This document shows positions 24,196-36,211 of a stretch of DNA of 64,000 nt, piece by piece. The stretch's first letter is position 1. Each line of letters begins with the position of its first letter. Made by a program: the position numbers and the translations under genes. The stretch comes from Chiloscyllium plagiosum (Eukaryota): the NCBI RefSeq assembly GCF_004010195.1, contig NC_057719.1:77317339-77381338 (forward strand). The letters run 5' to 3'. Below the pieces are notes generated by a model. That model worked only from the letters and a program-made list of their open reading frames with translations. It had not been told where the DNA came from and did no database searches.

Positions 24196-24915
24196 GGGGT
24201 AAAAACAATGACTGCAGATGCTGGATATCAGATTCTGGATTAGTGGTGCTGGAAGAGCACAGCAGTTCAGGCAGCATCCAAGGAGCAGCGAAATCGACGT
24301 TTCGGGCAAAAGCCCTTCATCAGGAATAAAGGCAGAGAGCCTGAAGCGTGCAGAGATAAGCTAGAGGAGGCTGGGGGTGGGGAGAAAGTAGCATAGAGTA
24401 CAATAGGTGAGTGGGGGAGGTGATGAAGGTGATTGGTCAGGGAGGAGAGGGTGGAGTGGATAGGTGGAAAAGGAGATAGGCAGGTAGGACAAGTCCGGAC
24501 AAGTCATGGGGACAGTGCTGAGCTGGAAGTTTGGAACTAGGGTGAGGTGGGGGAAGGGGAAATGAGGAAACTNNNNNNNNNNNNNNNNNNNNNNNNNNNN
24601 NNNNNNNNNNNNNNNNNNNNNNNNNNNNNNNNNNNNNNNNNNNNNNNNNNNNNNNNNNNNNNNNNNNNNNNNNNNNNNNNNNNNNNNNNNNNNNNNNNNN
24701 NNNNNNNCTGTGGTGGCAAGGGAAGGTGCCAGGATGGGAGGGTGGGTTGTAGGGGGGCATGGACCTGACCAGGTAGTCACGGGAGGAATGGTCTTTGCGG
24801 AAGGCAGAAAGGGGTGGGAAAGGAAATATATCCCTGGTGGTGGGGTCTTTTTGGAGGTGGCGGAAATGTTCGGTGGATGATTTGGTTTATGCGAAGGTTG
24901 GTAGGGTGGAAGGTG
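24196..24915 (-). mobile_element. Penelope-like element (subfamily B), 5'-truncated, spanning a gap
   Basis: 12 bp TSD gtataactctgc at 24184-24195 and 24916-24927; intact hammerhead core at 24292-24327 on the minus strand; PGTFPC motif upstream of the endonuclease. Confidence 0.9.
24573..24707. other. Assembly gap
   Basis: Run of N. Confidence 1.
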
Positions 24916-25224
24916 GTATAACTCTGCCGCTAGGAGAGCTGATATCATGGTATATAAAAAGAAAATCAACAGAAAGAAAAACAGCTAGTCAGTGAATCAT
25001 TACTAGAAAATTACAATCAGAAGTAATCCAACATGGCCTTGTTATACTCCAGCCTGAAAGATCATATGTCACAGAATTACCTTTAACACAAGTAAACAAA
25101 CTTTTTTGAAAGTTGCTCCTTAATGTCTTTATATGTACTGTTTGGCATTTACTGAAGTACCCAGTGTATTTTCAGTCTTGTGTTAAAGTACAATCTCATA
25201 CATAATGCTCAAGCCATCGCTCTT

Positions 25225-25650
25225 AAAGGGTTCAGTTGGTAGCACTTTTGCTTTTGCATCTGAAATCATTGTGGGTTCAATTCCTCCTCCAGCCCTTAAC
25301 CATCGAAGTCAAAATGGTTGCCGTGGTGCTGTAGTGAGTGAGTGCTGCACTGTCACAGGGGCTGCCATTTGGATGAGATGTTAAATGAAGGATCCATCTG
25401 CCCTTTCATTTAGATGTAAAATATTTCAAAGGAGATTAAGATCTGGTGTCCAGGCCAATGTTTACATCTCACTGAGCACCACAAAAACAGACTATCTAGT
25501 CATTATCACATTGCTGTTTTTAGGAGCTTCCTATGTGTAAATTTTCTTAATGTTACAACAGTGTATACACTTCAGAAAGCACTTTGCTGGCTGTATAATG
25601 ATTTGAAATATTTGAAGAAGGTCATGCAGAGCATAAAATGTACATATGCA
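25225..25650 (+). mobile_element. Deu-domain/SacSINE-like tRNA SINE
   Basis: A and B boxes (gttcagttggtagcac; gggttcaattcc) and Deu-like core gtgctgcactgtc..gctgccatttggatgagatgttaaa. Confidence 0.7.
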
Positions 25651-26439
25651 AGTTCCTTATTTTTCAGTCAAAGAAATTGCAAAACAATTTACAAGAAAGG
25701 AAATGTGAATTGACTGTATCATTCAAAACACAATTTGAAGAAAATAAATCATTGCCAGTGTTTCACATTGAATAAAACAACTGGGGAAGAAGTTGATATT
25801 GGGCGATGGCACATTTTCAGATCAACTGCCCTTTTTACACAGTACCTGATATAAATATGCATTAACTATAATGTGACTCAATATTAGGTGCTGAGAATGG
25901 TAGGCAGCTGATATAATAATGCTTACTTCATGTACACAAGCTTCTAATCCATAACGTCCAACATAAATTAATTTTCAGTAAAATAAAAGTATCATAATGT
26001 ACATATTTAAACACAGTGTGGGTAAATTCATCCATTGAATTTTCTTTTGCATCTTTTGATAACTTTTAATTACTTACTTCAAGCCCTCAGACTATGTCAA
26101 AAACTAAGGATTCGATGAGATATTGTTTTGTTTTTATCAGCCACATCTGTGCATTCTGAACATTTGCAGTTTCGGAACAGTTGATTCAGCTGAGTTGAAA
26201 CACAAAGGTGTGCCGGTGTGATGATTTATGAGTTTGCTTTTTGCAAAACACCTTGTAACCAACTGGAAATTGAAATTCAGCCAAAAATCACATTTACATT
26301 CTTAACAATTGCTGACTTTCCATCATATATTTGTATGATTGAAATCATTGTTGCATTTTTTAAAATACCATTTGGAAAACAGAGCAAAAGTTGTTTGACA
26401 AAACAACAGCAATGTACCAAGGATACTGAAAACCTGATA

Positions 26440-26582
26440 GGAAACAGAAAATACTGGAAATATTGAGCAGGTCCAGCAGCTTCTATGAAGAGCAAGAGAA
26501 AACAAAACTTAACATTAATGTGTCAGGTTTTGCCCCTAATCTCCACAGATACTGCTTAACTTGTTGAGTATTTTTAACATTT
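26440..26582. mobile_element. Degenerate fold-back Penelope-end remnant
   Basis: aaaatactggaaatattgagcaggt and acttgttgagtatttttaacatttt form weak inverted arms; same motif class as 19241-19408. Confidence 0.5.
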
Positions 26583-26601
26583 TAAATTTTTAAATTTTTT
26601 A

Positions 26602-29600
26602 CCTCCAATGACTTGCCCATCACTGATGTCAAGCTCACTACGCCATAGTTCCCTGGCTTTTCCTTACCACCTTTCTTAAACAGTGGCACCACGTTTGCCA
26701 ACCTCCAGTCTTCCGACACCCCACCTGCGGCTATCAATGATACAAATATCTCAGCAAGGGGCCCAGCAATCACTTCCCTAGCTTCCCACAGAGTTCTAGA
26801 ATACACCTGATAAGGTCCTGGGGATTTATCCACCAGCACCACTCTTCTGTAATATGAACATTTTTCAAGATGTCACTATCTATGTCCCCACATTCTGTAG
26901 CTACCATGTTCTTCTCCACAGTAAACACTGATGCAAAATACTCATTTAATATCTCCTCCATCCCCTGCAGTTCCACATATAGTCTGCCTTGCTGAACTTT
27001 GAGGGGCCCTATTCTTTCCCTTGTTATCCTTTTGTCCTTAATGTATTTACAAAATGCATTTGGATTTTCCTTAACCCTATTTGCCAAAGCTATCCCATGT
27101 CCTCGTTTTGCCCTCCTGATTTCCCTCTGAAGTATACTCCTACTGCCTTTGTACTCTTCTAAGGATTCACTCAATCTCTGCTGTCCACATCTGACATATG
27201 CTTCCTTCATTTTCTTGACTAAAACCTCAATTTCTTTAGTCATCCAGCATTCCCTACACCTACCAGCCTTGCCTTTCACCCTAACCAGAACATATTGCAT
27301 CTGGACTCTCATTACCTCATTTTTGAAGGCTTCCCTTTATCCAGCCATCCTTTTACCTGTAAATATCTGCCCCCAATCAACTTCTGAAAGTTCTTGCCTA
27401 ATACCATCAAAACCGCCTTTCCTCCAATTTAGAATGTTAACTTTTAGATCCAGTCTATCCTTTTCTGCCACTATTTTAAAACTAATAGAATTATAGTCGC
27501 TGGCCCCAAAGTGCTCCCACTGACACCACAGTCACTTGCCCTGCCTTATTTCTCAAGAGTAGGTCAGTTTTTGTACCTTACCTAATTGGTACATTCACAT
27601 ACTGAATCAGAAAATGTTCTTGTACACACTTAACAAATTCTTCTCCCTAAACCATTAACACTATGGCATCCCAACCTATGTTTGGTAAGTTAAAATCCTC
27701 TGCAATAACCACCCTATTATTCTTATAGATAACTGAGATCTCCTTTATAAATTTGTTTCTCAATTTCCCTCTGACTGTACAATCCCAATAAGGTGATCAT
27801 CCCTTTCTTATTTCTCAGTTCCACCTAAAAACCTTCTCTGGACGTATTCCCAGGAATATCCTCCGAAGTACGCCGTAATGTTATCCCTTATCAAAAACAC
27901 CTATCCCTCTCTTCTCTTGTTCCCCTTTCTTTCCTTCCTATAGCATTTGTATCCTGGAACATTAACCAGTCCTGTCCATCCCTGAGCCACGTTTCCTTAA
28001 TTGCTATGATATCCCTGTCCCATGTTCCGAACCATGCCCTGAGTTCATCTGCCTTTACTGTTCGGCCTCATGCATTGAAATAAATGCGGTTTAATTTACC
28101 TCATTTTCTGCTTTGTTCTTGCCTGCCCTGATTGTTTGACTTGCTCTTTTTCCCAACTGTACCATTCTCAGACTGATCTCTTTCCCCAAGATCTCCCTCA
28201 GTCCCACCCGCACACCTCACTAATTTAAATCCTCCCAAGCAGCTCTGGCAAATCTTCCTGGCAGTATATTAGTCCCCTTCCAATTCAGGTGCTATCCTGC
28301 TTTCTTATACAGGTTACTTCTTTCCCAGAAGAGATTCCAGTCATCCAAAAATGTGAACCTTTCTCCCCTGCACCAGCTCCTCAGCCATGCATTTACCTGC
28401 TCTATCCTCCCATTCCTACTCACTAGCTCGTAGCACCGGGAATAATCTAGATATTACTACCGTTGAGAACCTGCCCAAATTCTTATATTCTCCCTTCAGA
28501 ATCTCATCCTCTTCCTTTCCTATGTCATTAGTTCCAATGTGTACAACAACCTCCTCCTGGTCCCTCTCCTGGCACAAGGGAGGCAACACACCATTCTAAT
28601 TTCCTGTTTTTGGCCACAGAAACATCTGTCTATGCCTCTGATTAGAGAGTCCCCAATTACAATCAATCACTTGGAACCTGATGTACCCCTCATTACATTA
28701 GAGCCAGTTTCAGAATCAGAAACTTGGTTGTTCATGCTACATTCCCCTGAGAGTCCATCATCCCCCTATATTTTCCAAAACAGCATACTTGTTTGAGATG
28801 GGGATAGCCACAGGAGACACCTGAACTCTCTTTGAGTGCCTCTCTCTCCTACCTTTCCTGGAGGTAACCCCTCCACCTGTATCTGTGTTTTTTCCCCTTC
28901 CTGTATCTGCCTCCCATCACACCTTCAGCTCCTGTAAATTCCTGATTGCCTCGAATTGCCGCTCCAACCGATCCATACAATCTGATAGGATTCGCAATCA
29001 AACACACTTCCTGCAGACATAATCATCAGTAACATGGAAACTCTCCCTAAACTCCTACATCTGACAGGAAGAGCACATCACTCTACTAAAGGCCATTGTT
29101 GCACCTTAACAGTCTACAGACACAGAAAATAGCACAAACTTACTGTTCTAAAAAACACTGCTCCAGGTTAATTTCGTATCTAAGCTTTATATATTAAAAT
29201 TTGGTAAAGAGACAGATCTCAATTAAACACATAGTCAACAAAGAACCCACTCTACTCCATTGTGAGAAAAAGAAAAGAACAGTAAGATTACACTTAAAAA
29301 CCATGAGATCTCTCACACTGGTTCCTCCAAGATCAGCTGTGAATTTTGCTGTTTGTTAATTTTTCTTTGACATACTCTGATGTCCAGAGATACATGAACT
29401 CAAACAGCAAAGACAGTAACTGTGCAAATTCACTGCTGTGTCAGATAGTAGTATAGATTTCTTTCTCATTTGATTCACTGGTCATGTGGTCTCTGCCTTT
29501 GTCTCTCGATCTTCTTTTTAAAGTGCTGTTGTTTTGATCTTTTCTCCCCCAGTGTTCCAAAACAATGCAACAGCTTATAAAACAGTAATTATTGCTCCTG

Positions 29601-29675
29601 GGAATTCGAGGAAATCAACTCCAAAACAGAGCAGCTCTTACAGCCACAATTTTATCCCGTCCACCATCTTGGCTT
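26602..29675 (-). mobile_element. CR1/HER1 LINE: 5'UTR, ORF1, endonuclease and linker up to the RT start; 3'-truncated
   Basis: ORF2 pieces KENPNAFCKYIKDKRITRERIGPLK, EILNEYFASVFT, DKSPGP, DWRLANVVPLFKKGGKEKPGNY..VSLTSV; 5' part homologous to 10310-12396. Confidence 0.92.
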
Positions 29676-31307
29676 ACCCAGAATCCATCTTTGTTTGGCT
29701 AATTTTACCATGTACTTTCTTTAGAGAGGAAACAACTGGGTAAACTGTAGAGGGGAACCTGGTAACCTCAAAGTAGCTATGAATTGGTATAAGGAAGACA
29801 CCAAATGGGTGTGTGGGGTGTTTCCACCTGTTAGTCCAGATAAAAGAGAATATTTTTGGTTTCATTCTCCAAGACTTCAGTTCTCCACCTTTGCTAGACA
29901 TTGCTCCCAATACTGCTGGGCTCTGGGCCCATACAAGCAGACATGCCCGTCTCACCCTGGTAATACCCTCAGATGTTTCTCCCCAGTCCTGAAGGAGTCA
30001 AGCCCCAATATCTTGCTCCCAGAACTTGAGTTCCCCTTCCCCTAAAAACAAATTGCCCCATCACTTTCCCAGTACCCTCAGTTCTGGACATTGTCCTCGT
30101 ATGTATCAATTCTTGGGTCCTTCTCTCAAATCCCAAAATTTGGTACATGGTCCCAGAGTGCCCTCTAAGCAGCTTTCTTATAGACTAAATTTCTCTCCAA
30201 TGGGTCTCCAGCTTCCGCAATTCCTTTGAAATCTTATTAAGCTCCAAACTTCAGCCCAACTTCCCACCAACATCCACTACCTTCCTCCACCCACCTCTCC
30301 CAATCGCACTATCTAGATTGGCATCCCTGAAAATAGCACTTGACATTCATTGCTGCTCCTGTAAACCTCTGACTGATTGAGCAACTCCACAAAAAATTAA
30401 AATGTCTAATATGCAACCATTCAGCTCTAGTTCTGACAGCTAGTTACAGTTGCACAATAAACCATATTATTCTGACTCCCACTGCCTGGGAATACCACAT
30501 TTATATTGGCTGTCCTCTAATTGACCCAAAGAATTGAAATTTAATCCCAACAGCAAACCCAATAACCTAGAAGAGACAGATCCATGTAACAAACAATCAA
30601 ATCTTCAGACACCAGTCTACATCATGGAAAATCTACTCACGGTCCTAAAACTTCTTATGCATCTAAATAAGTCATGAGTTTCTGATTCTGCATGAAGCGA
30701 GGACACATACTGACAGCTTGTGGCATTTGAGAATTAACTAAGGACCGAATTATAAAAGCTAAGTGTGTAACTGAGTGTAAACTGCCAACAGATGTTGTAT
30801 GTAGAGATGATAGGTCAGCTTAGCGGGGAATGTAAAGGGGAGAGAACACCAGCCAGAAAGATAATGAGAGTCTAGTTAAGACTGAAGAGCAGATTTTGAA
30901 ATGACACTTAGCCATATCTCCAAGAACAACTGAACTTGACAGAATAACGCAACAGAAGACTTCAGGGTGACACAGCTTATTCTGCTTTTGTAACAACGAA
31001 ACTGTCACAACAAGCGTGGATGGTTACGTGTTAGATAGTGCAATGTTTTATATGTATATGCTAGCACAGGCAAATAAAAATTAAACGGGATTGAAACTCA
31101 CTAGTAAAATTTAAAATATTCTGACCAGATATTGAAGTTGGTATAAGTACTGCTTTCCCCTATCCAAAATGCTACTACAACTCTTCACTTTTAAGTCACA
31201 TTAGCAAGGTTTATTCAACAGCGGGTTAGTATCGATCTTCATTGCAATAATTTATTTTGTCTAGTGGTCCTTGCATGAAATAAGTAATCTAGTTTTGAAT
31301 TAGCAAG

Positions 31308-31502
31308 GTTAAAAATCATACAACACCAGGTATAGTCCAACAGGTTTAATTGGAAGCACTGGCTTTCTGAGCACTGCTCCTTCAACAGGTGGTTCTCCAA
31401 AAGTTAGTGCTTCCAATTAAATCTATTGGACTATAACCTGGTGTTGTGTGATTTTTAACTTTGTACACCCCAGTCCAACACCGGCACCTCCAAATCATGA
31501 GA
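31308..31502. mobile_element. Fold-back Penelope-end element (subfamily C) with hammerhead motif
   Basis: Arms gttaaaaatcatacaacaccagg and cctggtgttgtgtgatttttaac; minus-strand cac-CTGtTGA-aggagc(agt)gctca-GAAA-gcca-gtg at 31357-31391; direct repeat tagcaag at 31301-31307 and 31503-31509. Confidence 0.8.
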
Positions 31503-32039
31503 TAGCAAGAGCCGTCAGTATGAAACTGTAAACTGTTCAGTGTGAAAGGAATCAACAAATTAATGAAGAAATTAAAATGTTAAACTTAAAGAAAATTAGT
31601 AACATGATTTTATTTTTAAAAATCCCTATTACAATATCTGAATTGTGGCGAAGATGACAAGTGATAAACAAGTAAATGTGCAGCAAAAGTAGTAAAACCT
31701 TGACAGAGGATAGGACTCCTGTAGACTCCTAATTGTCCTTCAATGAATCCTTTCACATAAACACACAATAAACAGGAAAAGTTGCTTTCAGAGTGCTGTG
31801 TTTTTCAAAGTAACATAACTAGCTTGGAAGACCAAATCCGCCCTCTTTAAAACATTAAACATCAAACCCAGCAGCACAAAACTTGACAGAATGTACTGAC
31901 TCCATGCTCCTCTTCAGTGATGTTTCTAGCTGGATTGAATGTTTAAAATCATGGTATCTTACTACACCGCAAGCTAAACATCTGACTCCATATCAATTCT
32001 ATTTAAAAAGTCCCTACTTCCTTCTCCGATCCCTCAACT

Positions 32040-32370
32040 CAACAGATCTTTTCCCTAGGATGTGGAAGTTCAAAACCAGGGGGCAGTGTTTTAAGGTGGG
32101 AGGAGAAAGATTTAAAAGGGACCTGAGGAGCAACTTTCTCACACAGAGGGTCGTTCATATGTGGAATGAGCTGCCAGAAGAAGTGGTAGATGCAGGAAGA
32201 GTTACAACATTTTAAGGACATTTGGACAGGCCCATGAACAGGAAACGTTGAGAAGGATGTGGGTCAAATGCAGGCAAGTTGGTCTAGTTTACTTTGGGAA
32301 ATGTGGTCGACATGGACAAGTTGCACCGAAGGGTCTGTTTCTGTGCTCTGTGACTATGTGATTCTGTGAC
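32040..32370 (+). mobile_element. CR1 3' end
   Basis: KTRGQCFKVGGERFKRDLRSNFLTQRVVHMWNELPEEVVDAG plus 3'UTR and short tandem tail. Confidence 0.9.
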
Positions 32371-33054
32371 ACAAAGCATAGAGGCAAGGTAAGATCTACT
32401 GTCAAAGGCAACAAGACACCCAAAACCCCCCCGTACAAGTTACACTGGGATTTTAAGTATTACATTCATCAAATATTTGTTTGTGCAACTTGAATTTATT
32501 TCCAGGTGAATTTGAACATTTCATATTTATTTCTAGGTGAATGTTAATATTCTGACCGCACATGTGTCAGTATTTGAAAATTGTGTTGCATTTCTAAGTA
32601 GAAAGTATTACATTCCATTTCTTTCTAGATGAATGTAACTAACATCACTTGGTGGATTCATCAGGACAAGTTATTTTAATATGAAGTAACTCTTTCATTG
32701 TCATGTGCCATATATTGTAACAGTTGCAATATTATGTAGTCCTGGCTTAATTCACATTCATGCTGAACAATATCTCAGAAAACACTTATTAAGTATACTT
32801 TTTGTTGTAACTTAATTTAATAACAAAATGTAACTGTCACTGTAGTTGGCCCAACGTGAAAATTGTCACTGCAGTACCGGAGATACATGGGTGACGTGGG
32901 ATCACTGGGGCAGGTTAAGGGCACCCCACTGAGATGGGGATGGGGATAAGGATAGGGAAGAAGAGTCTGCACAAAGAGCAGGCATGGGTTCGTCCACGTG
33001 GCTGGGCCTTGCCACCAGCTTATCTCTCTGTTAGATGTAGTTGACCGAATAGAA

Positions 33055-33460
33055 TTTTTGAAAATTTCAAAAATATACTTTAATCATAAGTTATCTATAA
33101 TTGCAACGAGTACAAAATGCCCCAGTGCTGATTTTGTAGAACTTTGGCATTCCTTGTTGCAGCATAAAAGGCATTATCTAAACATGAAAGGAAGCTGTCT
33201 CCATTCCCATTAAGGCGACAACAGCCCTTGACAGAAAGACCGAGTCTTTTTTATTAAAGTAATAAAATATACTTTATTCATAAAAATAAATGTTTATATA
33301 CATATATAGTTAATGAAGTCATTCAGATCTATGCTTTCTTTACTTACAGAGAACAAATTAAGCCGTGACATTCACCATTTCCTATATTTATAATCAACCT
33401 CTTGGCATTTAACTGAGGTGTCAGCAGGGCCCAATTACTGAGTGACAGCAAGACCTGGTA
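33055..33460 (-). mobile_element. Two adjacent L1/Tx1-type 3' end remnants
   Basis: Each begins with aaaatatacttta(a/t)tcataa (33077 and 33264), the same terminus as the Tx1 copy at 48245. Confidence 0.55.
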
Positions 33461-33744
33461 GCATATGTACCATGACTATGATGATATCAGCATGCCACTG
33501 GTCATTTTTCCTTTGGGTATAATCCTCACCCACCACCTGTTGAAAATCAATGACAACACAATGAGACCCTGAATAACTATGATTCCCCATACATTAGTAG
33601 TGAAGAAAATGTGTGACTTTTTTGAATTAAACTGGAGCATGGCAGACAATAGATCACTGGACCATTCTGCATGGTGATACCTTGACTAATAAATTTGGTT
33701 TAATGTCAACCAATCAGAACTTGTTTCCTATGTAGTATAAATTA

Positions 33745-34262
33745 GTCATAGTAATGTACAGCATGGAAACAGGCCCTTCGATTCAACTCATCCATGCTAA
33801 CCAGATATCCTACATAAATCTCGTCCCATTTGCCAGCACTTGGCCCATATCCTTCTAATCCCGTCCTATTCATATACCCATCCAGATGCCTTTAAAATGT
33901 TATAATTGTACCAGCCTCCACCACTTCACCTGGCAGCTCATTCCATACACACACCACCCCTTGCATGAAAATGTTGCCCCTTATGTTCTTTTTATATCTT
34001 ACTCCTCTCACCCTAAACTTATGCCCTCTAGTTCTGGACTCCCCCAGCCCAGGGAAAAGGCCTTGTTTATTTATCTTATCCATGCCCCTCATGGTTTTAT
34101 GAACCTCTATAAGGTCACCCCTTAGCCTCCGACGCTGCAGGGAAAATAGCCCCAGCCAATTCTGTCCCTCCCTAGAGCTCAAGCCCTTCTTAACCCTGTC
34201 AAGTTTCACAACATCCATGCTATAGCAGGAGACCAGAACTGCACACAATATTCCAAGAGTGG
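33745..34262 (-). mobile_element. CR1 3' fragment
   Basis: LGLFSLQRRRLRGDLIEVHKTMRG...SRTRGHKFRV...WNELPGEVVEAG. Confidence 0.92.
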
Positions 34263-35045
34263 TTGTTCCCTTTGAAATTTAGCATTCTTGTATATGTCCT
34301 GATGAGTGTGAGATGAAAGGCTTGGACAAGTTTTTTTTCTCTGAAATATGCAACAAAATAAGATAATTCATAAGTTTGAAAAGAGACTGATTAAGGGAGC
34401 AATTTGACTCATGCATCGAATGAAGACCCATGCTCTTTTTCCCTTGTGATGTGAAATCTTCTACATGTAGAATATCAGGAAATAGGATCAAAGGTATTTC
34501 TTTAAAAAAGAAAATGAACTGTGAGGTGATATCTAATAGATAGGGAACTTGGGCTAAAATTAAAGCAATTCAAATTCAATGTAAATGTGAAGAGTTGCAT
34601 TTTGATTACAAATACTTATAATTTCACTCATTGAACATTGGTTCAGTGCTGTGGAAAAGCAAAATACAAAATTTTCAGGTCATTAAAGCAATCACTTCAG
34701 ATTGATAAGATTGTAAAGTTATTGTGTTGCTCAATGAATTCTGTTTCAAGAGGTGTACAACCTTGGTGCAGGGGTATCCTTAACTCTGGATCAGAAAGTC
34801 CTGGTTCAAGCCTCATCTGCCATGGAGATCTGTCTGAATGGGTTAATTAAAATTATAAACATAATCAGCCTAGATAAATCTTAATAAGCCCTTAATTAGA
34901 AAACCATGCTTTCATAAATATCAGGCTTTGCAACATCTTGCACCTTCATTAGGATTTAGTCCATATGACGAAATATAAATATATGGAAATATTTGAAAAG
35001 CTGAGTCTTACTTTGTTTGAACAATCAGATTTCAGCCCAATATAG

Positions 35046-35101
35046 ATTAGATTAGGCGCTGCGAGGCAGCAGTGCTAACCACTGTGCCACCGTGCCGCCC
35101 A
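35046..35101 (-). mobile_element. Minimal HE1-type SINE (5' head fused directly to the tail)
   Basis: Minus strand tgggcggcacggtggcacagtggttagcactgctgcctcgcagcgc-ctaatctaat; 9 bp TSD ccaatatag at 35037-35045 and 35102-35110. Confidence 0.85.
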
Positions 35102-35898
35102 CCAATATAGTGCAAGAGTTTACACTGAGGCATGGTAAATTGAAGCAAACATATCTAATAGTTGAATGGTCTGGAATAAGGGACTTATTCAAGACATTGA
35201 GAACAGAGGTCTAGTGAGATATTTTTGTGCAGAAATTGAAATTGCTTCCAGGGTTGGTGATTGAGACTGAAACTAAAATGTTATGGGAACGTGGTGGGGT
35301 ATTGATTAGAATTAATTGCTCACTTATGCACATCAATGTGGGCTAGTTAAGTCACATGCTTTATTTCCATTTTGTAACTTAATTATCTATCATTCCATTC
35401 CTCAGTGTTTCAGTATGTAGCAACACTGTCTAAACGGACAGCAATTAATCTTCCTTTCATTTAAAATGTTAATTTAATTCAATTTGTCTATTTTAAATAA
35501 ATTAGAAACTTATTAGAAATTTGCAGACTTGTTAATGCCAGAATGCTATGAATATTTAAAAACTTTATGTATTAGATGTTATGCAAATGAAAATTTTAAT
35601 TCGCCATATTGTGAAGATCAATCTGATGAAATTGCATAAAATTGACATGTCTTATGTGAGAAATTAAAATTAAGCTTTCTCCAAGGCTGTTACTAACTTT
35701 GTTTGCACTGCTAATATTTTCCAAACAGTCCAGTAGGCCTTTTCAAGTTTATCCATACTCTGTGGAGATTGGAACAATTCAGTAGAGGATTGCATGCACA
35801 AGCTCAGATCAGTAGTGTCAAGAATAACATTTAAAATGTGTGTTGGATTTTATGAATTAATGCTCTTTTTCAAGAATGTCATGTTTTGGGAGCAGTGT

Positions 35899-36211
35899 TA
35901 TCATGGAATCTCTACAGTGTGAAGCAGGCCATTTAACCTATACCAACCCACCAAAGAGCACCCTACCAAATCTACCCCTCCACCCAATAGCTCTGTGTTT
36001 CCCATGTCTAACTTACACATCCCTAACCACCATAAACAATTTGACATGGCCAATTCATCTAATCTGTACATCCTCAGACTGTGTGAGGAAATCCACAGAC
36101 ATAGGGAGAATGTGCAAACTCCACACAGACAGTCACCCAAGGCTGGGATTGAACCTTGCTCCCTGGCACTATGAAGTAGCAGTGCTAACCACAGAGCCAC
36201 TGTGCCACCCA
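35899..36211 (-). mobile_element. HE1-type SINE
   Basis: agtgctaaccacagagccactgtgccaccc head; gggagaatgtgcaaactccacacagacagtc core. Confidence 0.9.
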
